From: Alphaproteobacteria bacterium
Lineage (GTDB): Bacteria > Pseudomonadota > Alphaproteobacteria > CALKHQ01
Assembly: GCA_965227515.1 (NCBI GenBank)
Contig: CBDDFZ010000001.1
Coordinates: 1,056,001 to 1,120,000 of the forward strand
Direction of reading: 5' to 3'
DNA length: 64,000 bases
Part shown: one piece after another, positions 1 to 9,183 of the stretch
Numbering within the stretch: the first letter of the stretch is position 1
Layout of the letters: each line of letters starts with the position of its first letter
Program-made: the position numbers and the translations under genes
The notes under the pieces: generated by a model
Told to the model about the DNA's origin: nothing
The model's database searches: none
What the model saw: the letters and a program-made list of their open reading frames with translations, nothing else

Positions 1-1210
1 TGCCGGCGATCTTCACGATGCCGCCGTCGGGCGCCAGATTGCCCTTCAGCCCGACGACGCCGCCGGTGTCGCTGATCGGGTTGGTGACCGGATAGACCAC
101 CTTCTGGTCGGTCGGGAAGGCGACCCCGCCGTAGTTCTCGCCCAGGGTCTTGCCGGTGACGGTCGGGCAGTCCTCGTGCAGGTAGCCGCCGTCCATCAGC
201 GTCTTGATCACGATGCCGACGCCGCCGACCTCGTACAGGTCCTTGGCCACATACTTGCCGCCCGGCTGCAGGTCGGCGATGTAGGGGGTCTTGCGGAAGA
301 TGTCGCAGACCTCCTCCAGGCCGAAGTCGATGCCGCACTCGTGCGCGATGGCGGGCAGGTGCAGGCCGGCATTGGTCGACCCGCCGGTGGCGGCGACCAC
401 CACGGCGGCGTTTTCCAGGCTCTTGCGGGTGACGATGTCGCGCGGCCTCAGCCCGGACTTGATCAGCTCCATCACCGCCTCGCCGCTGGCCTCGGCATAG
501 GCGTCGCGGCTGTCATAGGGTGCGGGCGCGCCGGCCGAGTTCGGCAGCGCGAGACCCATCGCCTCCGACACGCAGGCCATGGTGTTGGCGGTGAACTGGC
601 CGCCGCACGACCCGGCCGACGGGCAGGCGGCGCATTCCAGCTCATGCAGGCCCTCGTCGTCCATGTTGCCGGCGGCGTTTGCGCCGACACCTTCGAACAC
701 GTCGACGATGGTCACGTCCTTGCCGCGGAACCGGCCCGGCAGGATGGAGCCGCCGTACATGAACACCGACGGCACGTTCAGGCGCACCATCGACATCATC
801 AGCCCGGGCAGCGACTTGTCGCAGCCGGCCAGCCCGACCAGCGCGTCGTAGCAGTGACCGCGCACGGTCAACTCGACGGAGTCCGCGATCACCTCGCGGC
901 TGATCAGCGAGGATTTCATGCCGGCATGGCCCATGGCGATGCCGTCGGTGACGGTGATGGTGGTGAACTCGCGCGGGGTGCCGCCGGCCGCCTTCACGCC
1001 CTTCTTCACCGCCTGCGCCTGGCGGGAGAGCGCGATGTTGCAAGGGGCTGCCTCGTTCCAGGTGGTCACCACGCCGACGAAGGGCTGGGCGATCTCTTCG
1101 GCCGTCATGCCCATGGCGTAGTAGTAGGCGCGGTGCGGCGCGCTCTTCGCGCCAACCGAGACATACCGGCTGGGCATCTTCTGCTTGTCGAAATTCGGGT
1201 TCGCACCCAT
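1..1210 (-). CDS. ilvD: dihydroxy-acid dehydratase (3' end runs off the window)
   Basis: Minus-strand translation from ATG 1210: MGANPNFDKQKMPSRYVSVG...WNEAAPCN...TDGIAMGHAGMKSSLISRE...GCDKSLPG...GSCGGQFTANTM...GGSTNA; canonical IlvD motifs. Confidence 0.95.
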   Translation of the reverse strand, partial: MGANPNFDKQKMPSRYVSVGAKSAPHRAYYYAMGMTAEEIAQPFVGVVTTWNEAAPCNIALSRQAQAVKKGVKAAGGTPREFTTITVTDGIAMGHAGMKSSLISREVIADSVELTVRGHCYDALVGLAGCDKSLPGLMMSMVRLNVPSVFMYGGSILPGRFRGKDVTIVDVFEGVGANAAGNMDDEGLHELECAACPSAGSCGGQFTANTMACVSEAMGLALPNSAGAPAPYDSRDAYAEASGEAVMELIKSGLRPRDIVTRKSLENAAVVVAATGGSTNAGLHLPAIAHECGIDFGLEEVCDIFRKTPYIADLQPGGKYVAKDLYEVGGVGIVIKTLMDGGYLHEDCPTVTGKTLGENYGGVAFPTDQKVVYPVTNPISDTGGVVGLKGNLAPDGGIVKIAG

Positions 1211-1389
1211 GAAAGTCCCTCCCGTTTGTAATCACGGGCATGGGCCCGCATGTTGGCGGCATCATCGTCGGGTGGCACCCAGAGGGCAAGCGCCTGCGTC
1301 TTCATGGCTGGTGCGCGCCGGGTGCAACCGTCGACAGGGTGCCGCCGTCCCGCTATCAAGGCCGCACTGCAGGTGGCGGAGACGAACCG

Positions 1390-1779
1390 ATGGCCCAGAT
1401 CAAGATTTTCGCGCGGCGCGACCATATCGACCGCCACCGCGCCGTCATCTCCGACACCGTTCACGAGGCCATGCAGCGTGTGATGGGGCTGCCGGCGATG
1501 AAGCGCTTCCACCGCTTCATCGCCTTCGATCCGGTGGACATGCTGGCGCCACCGGACCGGTCCGACGCCTATACGATCATCGAAATCATCATGTTCGAGG
1601 GGCGCAAGCCTGAGACCAAGAACGCGCTGTTGCACGCGCTGATGGACGGTCTGGCGGCCGCGGTGCCGATGCCCATCGCCGACATCGAGATCACCTTGAT
1701 CGAGACGCCGCGTGCCAATTGGGGCATCCGTGGGCAAACCGGTGAGGAACTTGCGCTCAACTACAAGGTTGAGACTTGA
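1390..1779 (+). CDS. tautomerase superfamily protein (MSAD/cis-CaaD-like, non-Pro1)
   Basis: MAQIKIFARR...KRFHRF...DRSDAYTIIEIIMFEGRKPETK...DIEITLIETPRANWGIRG; GGAG RBS upstream of ATG 1390. Confidence 0.85.
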   Translation: MAQIKIFARRDHIDRHRAVISDTVHEAMQRVMGLPAMKRFHRFIAFDPVDMLAPPDRSDAYTIIEIIMFEGRKPETKNALLHALMDGLAAAVPMPIADIEITLIETPRANWGIRGQTGEELALNYKVET

Positions 1780-1781
1780 CG

Positions 1782-3344
1782 ATGGTAGTGCAGAAACAGA
1801 CTTCGAAGGTGGCGCGCTGGCTTTTGGTGTGCGCCCTCGCCTGGATACCCGCGAACGGCGCCCTTGCGGCCGAACTGCAGGTCGACCTCGGCGATTGGTG
1901 CGACGACCGGCCGGTCGTCTGCCAAGCCATCGCACAGGCCGTCGAGACGTCCAATCTCAGCGCCACGATCCCGGAGAGCCACCACCCCGAAGTCGTTGAG
2001 CGTCATACCCAGTTGCTGGTGGCGGCCGGGCTGGGCCAAATGGGTTTGGACGACGAAGCCCACCGCATCTTCAATGTCTGGCTGTCGCGGGCACGGTTCC
2101 GAGAGCATGCGCAATCGCTGATCACCGTCGCTGGCGCGCTCTATGACGCCGGCTATTGGGACGATGCCGATGCCGCAGTCGCGCAAGCCCTCGCCATCAT
2201 CGCCGGCCGCCCGCTGCGCGACCGGTCAAGTGTGCTCGATGCGCTGGCCGAGACCTATGTCCGGATCGGCCGATGGCGCGCGATCAAGGACTTGTTCGCG
2301 ACGCAGCCCGATTGGATTAACCCCGACGTGCGCCTGGCAATGGCGGAGGGGATGGTTGAGGAGGGTGCGCTCGACGATGCGCTCGCCGTGGCACGGAACA
2401 TCAGCTATCTCACCCATCGCCTGGCGGCGCTGTCGCACGTGGCCGTCGCAATGGTGGCGGCGGGCCGCGGGCAAGAGGCCGAACCCTTGGTCGCGGAGAT
2501 GATGGCCGTGTTCCCTGAGTTCGACGATGGGTTCCTGCGCCACAAGTACATAGGGCCCGTCATAGACGGCCTGGCGGCGGTCGAGGACTGGCAGGTGGCG
2601 CTGGAGATCGCACGGGGCGAGACCGACGACAAGAGCCGGTTCGTCGCGCTGATCGCGCTGGCCGAGGCTCAGTCGGCGGCCGGGCTGTTGGAGGATGCGC
2701 TGAGTACCCTTGAAGGTGCTGCCAGCGAGGCGGTTGCCGGCACCCACGGCGGCCGCGGCGAGTTCCTGGACACCATTGCCGCCCTTGGCCGGATCGGCCA
2801 CGGCGAGGACGTGCTGGTCTTCGTGCGCGACTACGACGACGCCGAGTTGCGCGACGATGCCCTGGCGCGGATCGTCGAAGGCACCGCGACGGCCGGCGAC
2901 TGGCGCATCGCCGGGGTAGCCCTGGAGAGCATCGGGGATGCCACGACCCGCGCGACAGCGGCAACTGTCCTGGGCAGGGCGCTGGCGGCGGCGGACATGC
3001 CGGATGAAGCGGCGGCTGCATTCGCGGCTGCGCGCGACGCCATTGTCGGCTTGGACAGCGTCGCCAGCCGCAGGCGGGAGCTGCCAGACATCGCGGTCGC
3101 GCAGATCGAAGCCGGCTTCATCGAAGAGGGCATCGCGACCGGAACGATGATCGAGCCGGATGGCAGCTCGGTGCACAGCCACGTCGCCAAGTACGCCGCC
3201 ATCGCGCTGGCGCAAGCCGGCCGCTGGGACGAGGCGATGGCGCTGATGGCCGACATGAGCGATGCCGGCTTCAGATACAACGACGTGATCGAGGGCGTGA
3301 CGGCCGCCCGAGTTGACGCCGCCGTCTCCGCATTCGATGGCTGA
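1782..3344 (+). CDS. exported TPR/HEAT-like helical repeat protein
   Basis: Signal peptide (RWLLVCALAWIPANGALA) followed by Ala-rich helical repeats (ALAVARNI...ALSHVAVAMVAAGR; ALIALAEAQSAAG). Confidence 0.7.
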   Translation: MVVQKQTSKVARWLLVCALAWIPANGALAAELQVDLGDWCDDRPVVCQAIAQAVETSNLSATIPESHHPEVVERHTQLLVAAGLGQMGLDDEAHRIFNVWLSRARFREHAQSLITVAGALYDAGYWDDADAAVAQALAIIAGRPLRDRSSVLDALAETYVRIGRWRAIKDLFATQPDWINPDVRLAMAEGMVEEGALDDALAVARNISYLTHRLAALSHVAVAMVAAGRGQEAEPLVAEMMAVFPEFDDGFLRHKYIGPVIDGLAAVEDWQVALEIARGETDDKSRFVALIALAEAQSAAGLLEDALSTLEGAASEAVAGTHGGRGEFLDTIAALGRIGHGEDVLVFVRDYDDAELRDDALARIVEGTATAGDWRIAGVALESIGDATTRATAATVLGRALAAADMPDEAAAAFAAARDAIVGLDSVASRRRELPDIAVAQIEAGFIEEGIATGTMIEPDGSSVHSHVAKYAAIALAQAGRWDEAMALMADMSDAGFRYNDVIEGVTAARVDAAVSAFDG

Positions 3345-3357
3345 GCGAGGCAAGACC

Positions 3358-5013
3358 ATGAAAGGCGCCGAACTGTTCGTGCGCTGCCTGGAGAACGAAG
3401 GCGTCGAGTACATCTTCGGCCTGCCGGGCGAGGAAAACATCGACGTGATGGACGCGCTGATCGGCAGCCCGATCCGGTTCGTCACCACCCGGCACGAGCA
3501 GGGTGCCGCCTTCATGGCCGATGTTTATGGCCGGCTGACCGGACGCGCCGGCGTGTGCATGTCGACGCTCGGGCCGGGCGCCACCAACTTGATGACCGGG
3601 GTCGCCGACGCCAACATGGACCGCGCACCGGTCGTCGCCATCGCCGGCCAGGGCGACACCAACCGCCTGCACAAGGAAAGCCACCAGATACTGGACCTGG
3701 TGAACCTGTTCGAGCCGGTCAGCAAGTACGCCACCCAGATCGCCGAGGCGGAGATCATTCCGGAAGTGGTGCGCAAGGCGTTCAAGGTCGCCGAGACCGA
3801 AAAGCCCGGCGTGGCGTTCATCGACTTCCCGGAGAACATCGCCGGCGACCCGGCGGAGCGCGCCAACCAGGAGGGGCCGGAGCTCGCGCCGCTGAAGGTG
3901 CAGTCGCCGCTGATGCCGAACGCGCCGGCCGGCAAGTGCGCCCAGGTGGCCGACCTGATCTGCAACGCCAAGGCGCCTGTCATCATGGCCGGCAACGGCG
4001 TCATCCGCGACCGCTCGTCCGACGCGCTGGTGGCGTTCGCCGAGGCGCTGAACATCCCGGTCGCCACCACCTTCATGGCCAAGGGCGCGATCCCGTTCAG
4101 CCACCCCCTGTCGCTCGGCGCCATCGGCCTGCAGGGGCGCGACTACGTGGCGTTCGGCTTCGACCGCGCCGACCTGATCATCTGCGTCGGCGTCGACATG
4201 GTCGAATACCCGCCGCGGCTGTGGAACCCGAACGCCGACAAGCGCATCGTCCACATCGACGAGAGCCCGGCGGAGGTGGATACCCACTACATCCTGGAGG
4301 CCGGCGTCGTCGGCCAGATTTCCGACAGCCTGGAGCGGCTGGCGACCAAGGCGCGGCGGCTGCCCGACAGCCCGATCCACAAGTTGCACGGCGTGGTGGC
4401 CGACATGGTGGGCGAGCATGCCGACGACACAGGGTTTCCGGTCAAGCCGCAGAAGATCGTCTGGGACCTGCGCCAGGTGCTGGCGCCCACCGACATCGCC
4501 ATTTCCGACGTCGGCGCCCACAAGATGTGGATGGCGCGCATGTACCAGGCCGAGGCGCCCAACACCTGCATCATCTCCAACGGCTTCGCCTCGATGGGGA
4601 TCGCGTTGCCGGGCGCCATCGCCGCCAAGCTCGCCTATCCCGACCGCAAGGTGGTCGCGGTCACCGGCGACGCCGGGTTCCTGATGAACTGCCAGGAGAT
4701 CGAGACCGCGCTCCGGCTCGGCCTCGACTTCGTGGTGCTGATCTTCAACGACAGCAAGTACGGGCTGATCGAATGGCACCAACTGCGCCACTTCGACCGC
4801 GCCACCAACATCGGGTTCAACAACCCGGATTTTGTCATGTTCGCCGAGAGCTTCGGCGCGAAAGGCTACCGGGTGGAGCGGACCGAGGACCTGGTGCCGA
4901 CATTGGAAGCCGCGCTGGGCGACGGCACCGTCTCCATCGTCGACTGCCCGGTCGACTACGCGGAGAACATGAAGCTGACGGAACAGCTCAAGGCGCTAAC
5001 GTCGCCGATTTAG
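3358..5013 (+). CDS. acetolactate synthase large subunit / ThDP-dependent enzyme
   Basis: FGLPGEE, RHEQGAAFMA, TLGPGATN, GDAGF...N ThDP motif. Confidence 0.92.
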   Translation: MKGAELFVRCLENEGVEYIFGLPGEENIDVMDALIGSPIRFVTTRHEQGAAFMADVYGRLTGRAGVCMSTLGPGATNLMTGVADANMDRAPVVAIAGQGDTNRLHKESHQILDLVNLFEPVSKYATQIAEAEIIPEVVRKAFKVAETEKPGVAFIDFPENIAGDPAERANQEGPELAPLKVQSPLMPNAPAGKCAQVADLICNAKAPVIMAGNGVIRDRSSDALVAFAEALNIPVATTFMAKGAIPFSHPLSLGAIGLQGRDYVAFGFDRADLIICVGVDMVEYPPRLWNPNADKRIVHIDESPAEVDTHYILEAGVVGQISDSLERLATKARRLPDSPIHKLHGVVADMVGEHADDTGFPVKPQKIVWDLRQVLAPTDIAISDVGAHKMWMARMYQAEAPNTCIISNGFASMGIALPGAIAAKLAYPDRKVVAVTGDAGFLMNCQEIETALRLGLDFVVLIFNDSKYGLIEWHQLRHFDRATNIGFNNPDFVMFAESFGAKGYRVERTEDLVPTLEAALGDGTVSIVDCPVDYAENMKLTEQLKALTSPI

Positions 5014-5036
5014 GATTCTCTGCAATAAGCCATCCT

Positions 5037-5210
5037 GTCGTCCTCGCCCTTGTGGCGAGGACCCATTCTTGTCCAATACGCCGAGAGTCTTCAGTGAATC
5101 ACGGTCAGAACTGGCGGCGGCCGGATCGTCTGGTCCAGCTCTGCCTGCCTCACTCGGAGCCGCCCCGGTCCGCCCCGCAAATGGGCCCTCGCGACAAGCG
5201 CGAGGGCGAC
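5037..5210. repeat. REP-like palindromic doublet (CGTC/TGTC-type), copy 1
   Basis: Ends GTCGTCCTCGCCCTTGTGGCGAGGACCCAT... and ...ATGGGCCCTCGCGACAAGCGCGAGGGCGAC, each a hairpin; inverted copy at 8094-8268. Confidence 0.85.
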
Positions 5211-5247
5211 ATTATGGGCTGGTCGCGAGACCAAGCGACCTGAACGG

Positions 5248-6159
5248 TCAGGCCGACTGAGCTTCCTCGCCGTCCTCCGCCTTCCACGCGGCCCAGCCGA
5301 GCTGGCGGGCCGCGGCGACGGCATCGGCGATCGGGCCCGCGTGGGGCCGGCCGGCCACCGTCACCAGGCTGATCGTGCGATAGACCTCGGGGTCGATGAT
5401 CGGCCGCGTCTCGATGCCGTCCAGGATGGGCAGGAATTCCGGCATCAGCGTCATGCCGAGCCCGGCCGCAACCATCGCCTGCACCCAGTCCTCGCGCTCG
5501 CTCATGAACTTCATGTCGACCCCGGAATACGGGGGTGCGATGCCGAGCTGCGCGAAGTTCGAGGGGAACTCGCAGTGGATGCGCTTCACGTACGGCTCGC
5601 CGTCGATCTCGGCCAGGGGCACCGCGTTCATGTCGCCGAACCGGTGGCCGGGCTTGAACGCCACCAAATAGCGCTCCCGGTAGAGTGTCAGTGGGCGCAA
5701 CGTGTCTGGAAATGTCGGGCGGGTCGACAGCGCCACGTCGATCTCCGACTTGAGCAACGCTTCTTCCAGTTCCTCGCAGTTCGCGTCCCAGATCTCCAGC
5801 CTCAGGCGGGGCGAAATGGCGCGCAGCGCATTGAGGTAGTCGACCAGCCGGTTGGCGGCAAAAGTGGAGGTCACGCCGAACCGCAGCGTGGTGTCGCGGT
5901 CCAGATACCGCTCCGCCTCCTTCTTGGCCCGGTCGGTCGCGGCCTGGGCCTCCGACAGGTGCTGAAACATCAGCCGGCCCAGGTCCGTAAGATGGGTCAG
6001 GTGCCGCTCCCGCCGGAACAACTGGCCGCCGAGCTGGTCTTCCAGCGCCTTGACCGCGCGGGTCAGGGTCGGCACGGCAACCCCGCATTTCTCCGCCGCG
6101 CGCGTGAAGTTGAGCGTGGTCGACGCGGCGAGGAAGTATTCGATTTGCCGAAGATCCAT
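5248..6159 (-). CDS. LysR family transcriptional regulator
   Basis: MDLRQIEYF...LNFTRAAEKCGVAVPTLTRAVKALEDQLGGQLFRR LysR HTH. Confidence 0.95.
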   Translation of the reverse strand: MDLRQIEYFLAASTTLNFTRAAEKCGVAVPTLTRAVKALEDQLGGQLFRRERHLTHLTDLGRLMFQHLSEAQAATDRAKKEAERYLDRDTTLRFGVTSTFAANRLVDYLNALRAISPRLRLEIWDANCEELEEALLKSEIDVALSTRPTFPDTLRPLTLYRERYLVAFKPGHRFGDMNAVPLAEIDGEPYVKRIHCEFPSNFAQLGIAPPYSGVDMKFMSEREDWVQAMVAAGLGMTLMPEFLPILDGIETRPIIDPEVYRTISLVTVAGRPHAGPIADAVAAARQLGWAAWKAEDGEEAQSA

Positions 6160-6310
6160 GGCTCCCCCTTCAGGCTAGCAGCGGCCGGACCGGGCGCCAG
6201 CGCTGATGCACCGACATACCATGCGACATCTTCAGCCGGCACGACTTTCATGGCAATGCGGCGCTGTTGGCGCGATCCGAGGGACATCCCCCGAACGAGG
6301 CAATACGAAC

Positions 6311-6327
6311 GTTGCGTCCGATGCAAC
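6311..6327. promoter_or_regulatory. putative LysR-binding dyad
   Basis: GTTGC-GTCCGAT-GCAAC (contains T-N11-A) in the divergent LysR/LuxR intergenic region. Confidence 0.5.
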
Positions 6328-6432
6328 AAGACGTTGCCTATTGCGTGGGTTCAGTCCGCCAGCGCGATGGTTCATATGAATCCCAGTCGCGGCCGAATGG
6401 GGGCCGGAGATGAAACCGAGGAGAAATTGGCC

Positions 6433-6897
6433 ATGCGTTCCATGTCTTTCGTAATCGCAGGCGGTGTCGACACGGTGGTCACGGTGACCGAGGACGTGGG
6501 ACGGCTCAGGTTCGAGCTGACGCCCACCGAGGATGGCATCGGCGAGGCGCAAACCCTTAACTTCGGGCCTGTCGAGGGCGAGACGTTGGAGACCACGTTC
6601 GGCGGCGGCACCGACCGCGCCGTCTTCGATGAGCCCGTCGCCCTGATGTCGCGGGCGTCCGGCAAGCTGGAAAGCCTGACCGAGCGCGAACTCGACATCC
6701 TGAACCTGCTGGCCAGCGGCTTTGCGAACAAGGTGATCGCCTACGAGCTGGGGATCGCCGAAGCGACCGTGAAGGCGCACCTGAAGAGCATGCTGCGCAA
6801 GCTGGGCTTCGCCAACCGCACCCAGGCCGCGGTCTGGGCGGTGCAGAACAATTTTCCCGTCGCACGGCACCATGAGCCGGCGGTCGGCCGGGCGTAG
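6433..6897 (+). CDS. LuxR-type HTH regulator with atypical N-terminal domain
   Basis: LTERELDILNLLASGFANKVIAYELGIAEATVKAHLKSMLRKLGFANRTQAAVWA; GAGGAG RBS before ATG 6433. Confidence 0.85.
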   Translation: MRSMSFVIAGGVDTVVTVTEDVGRLRFELTPTEDGIGEAQTLNFGPVEGETLETTFGGGTDRAVFDEPVALMSRASGKLESLTERELDILNLLASGFANKVIAYELGIAEATVKAHLKSMLRKLGFANRTQAAVWAVQNNFPVARHHEPAVGRA

Positions 6898-7208
6898 ATC
6901 AGGATCAGCTGGCGCAGACTTAGATGACGAAGCTCTAGACATTAACGCGCGGTGGCGGGGGCGAGGTGATTTCAGGGCGATTTCAGGATCGGCGCAGGGA
7001 CGCGGCGGCGGGAGCGTAGCAGGCGGACAAGCGGCCGCCGTGCCGCACCTCCGATATGAGGACGCCTGCGATGATTTGGACCCTGAACCCCGCCGTCGCC
7101 GCCGTAGTTGCCTACAATGCGCTGCCGCCCCGCGCACGCCCGCCGAGGCGCTGCCGATGGAAGCCGGTCACGCCGGCGGGGGAGCGCCGGCCGAAAACGG
7201 GTTAGTTG

Positions 7209-8018
7209 TCATGCGGCCTGCTGGCGCCGCCTGAGCGCCAGCCACACCAGCGCCACCGCGACGACGATGAGGGCCGAGGCGGCGGTCGCGATCACTGCGA
7301 TGGCCGGCACGATCGGCGAATAGTTGGTCGCGGTGCGCGAGAACAGCCACTCCGGCAGCGTGGTGTCGGCGCCGGTGGTGTAGATCGACAGCGGCAGGTT
7401 GCTCCACGACAGCAGGAAGCCGAACAGCCCGCCAGAGATGATGCCGGGCATCAGCGCCGGCAGCGTCACCTCGCGGAACACCTGCAGCCGCGTGGCGCCC
7501 AGGTCGTAGGCCGCCTCTTCCTGCGCCACGTCGTAGTCGTAGAGCCGGATCGAGATCACCAGGGTGACGATGGGCACGATCCAGACCAGATGGGCGACCA
7601 CCGCGGTCTGCCAGCTCGGCGTCACACCGGCGGCGGTGAACGACAGCAGCAGCGCCAGCCCCAGCACCGGCTGCGGGAAGAAGATCGGCAGCATCAGGAT
7701 GCGCTGGAACCACTTGCGCCCGCGCCAGTCGTAGCGCGCGAAGGCGAGCGCGCCGAAAATCGCCAGCACCACCGCTATCACCACCACCCCGAGCGCGATC
7801 TTCAGCGACGTCAGGTGAAGCGTGGTCGTGGTGTAGTCGGACAGCGCGTCGGTGTAGGCGTCGGTGGTCCACTCCCGGTGCGGGAAGCGCATGTAGCGGC
7901 TGTTGGCCAGCGAGGCCAGCCCGACCGAGATGATCGGCAGGTACAAGAGCCCGATGACGGCGACCAGCCAAACGCCGAGCACCCCGCCACGGCCTTTTAT
8001 GGAGGTGTTCTTGGCCAT
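7209..8018 (-). CDS. PotC-like ABC permease
   Basis: Transmembrane helices, EEAAYDLGATRLQVFREVTLP (EAA motif). Confidence 0.92.
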   Translation of the reverse strand: MAKNTSIKGRGGVLGVWLVAVIGLLYLPIISVGLASLANSRYMRFPHREWTTDAYTDALSDYTTTTLHLTSLKIALGVVVIAVVLAIFGALAFARYDWRGRKWFQRILMLPIFFPQPVLGLALLLSFTAAGVTPSWQTAVVAHLVWIVPIVTLVISIRLYDYDVAQEEAAYDLGATRLQVFREVTLPALMPGIISGGLFGFLLSWSNLPLSIYTTGADTTLPEWLFSRTATNYSPIVPAIAVIATAASALIVVAVALVWLALRRRQQAA

Positions 8019-8093
8019 CTATCGCACCAAACGGCCCGCGGATATCGCACAATGCATCGGCTTGTGCTGGCGGCCACACAAACATCCACAAGC

Positions 8094-8268
8094 GTCGCCC
8101 TCGCGCTTGTCGCGAGGGCCCATTTGCGTGGCGTCCTCAGCCATTGCCATAGTCGGCTGGTAACGCTGGCCAGCCGCAATTTGACGACCTCCCCGGTCGA
8201 TACCGATTCCTCCAGACCGATCGGCGCGCTGGACAAGAATGGGTCCTCGCCACAAGGGCGAGGACGAC
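8094..8268. repeat. REP-like palindromic doublet, copy 2 (inside ABC operon)
   Basis: Reverse-complement copy of 5037-5210 with identical terminal hairpins. Confidence 0.85.
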
Positions 8269-8328
8269 AATGGGGTTGCGGAGAAGAGCCTAAGGTGTCG
8301 CAAGAATCCGGGTGTCATCGCCCCGCTC

Positions 8329-9180
8329 CTATCGCCCGATCAACCGGTCGAGATCGACCCGGCGCATGATCGGGAACACCACCAGCGCGGTGAGCAGGAT
8401 GACCAGCATGGTCAGCGCGGCGCCCAGCGGCCAGTCCTGGGCGTAGTTGAAGCGCTGCTCGATGGCGCGGGCGACCACCGTCACCGCCTGACCACCCAGG
8501 ATCGCGGCCTCCGAATTCGCGCCGAGCGACAGCACGAAGGTCAGCAGCGCGCCGATGGCGATGCCGGGCGAGGTCAGCGGCAGCTCGATCTCGCGGAAGA
8601 TCTGCCAGCGGCCGGCGCCCAGGTCGCGCGCCGCCTCCACCTGGTCCTTCGGCACCAGCGAGAAGCCGAGCAGCAGCGGGAACAGCATGAACGGGAAATG
8701 GACGTAGACCAGCCCGATGAGCGCGGCGAGGGGGGTGTTCAGCACGGTGCCGAGCTGAAAGCCGAACAGCGCGTTCAGCGTCCCGTTCATGATGCCCCCA
8801 CCCGGCATCATGAACAGGGACAGGCCGAACAGGCGCACGCTCTCCGAAATGAAGATCGGCAGCGCGATCAGGATGGTGGCGACTAGCGCCCAGCGCCCGG
8901 CGAACCGGGTCAGCGCCTTGGCCGTCGGCCAGGCCAGCACCAGGCAGATGATGGTGGTCAGGCTGGCGCCGATGCCCGACCACATCAGCGGGCGCCAATA
9001 GCCGTCGGCGAATGCGGACTCGTAGTTGGCGAAGGTCGGGTCGCCGGTCAGCTCGAAGGTGCGCGGCTCCATGAAGCTGGTGATCGCGACGATGACGATG
9101 GGGGCCGCGAACCCGATCAGCAGAAACAGGCCCACGGGCAATGCCGCCAACACGCCTGGACTGATGCGCCGGCTCGCCAA
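8329..9180 (-). CDS. PotB-like ABC permease
   Basis: EAARDLGAGRWQIFREIELPL; DWPLGAAL. Confidence 0.92.
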   Translation of the reverse strand: MASRRISPGVLAALPVGLFLLIGFAAPIVIVAITSFMEPRTFELTGDPTFANYESAFADGYWRPLMWSGIGASLTTIICLVLAWPTAKALTRFAGRWALVATILIALPIFISESVRLFGLSLFMMPGGGIMNGTLNALFGFQLGTVLNTPLAALIGLVYVHFPFMLFPLLLGFSLVPKDQVEAARDLGAGRWQIFREIELPLTSPGIAIGALLTFVLSLGANSEAAILGGQAVTVVARAIEQRFNYAQDWPLGAALTMLVILLTALVVFPIMRRVDLDRLIGR

Positions 9181-9183
9181 GGC

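Noticed and set aside
5341-6432. 518-aa LuxR ORF
   Set aside because: The upstream part is antisense to lysR; the RBS supports a start at 6433
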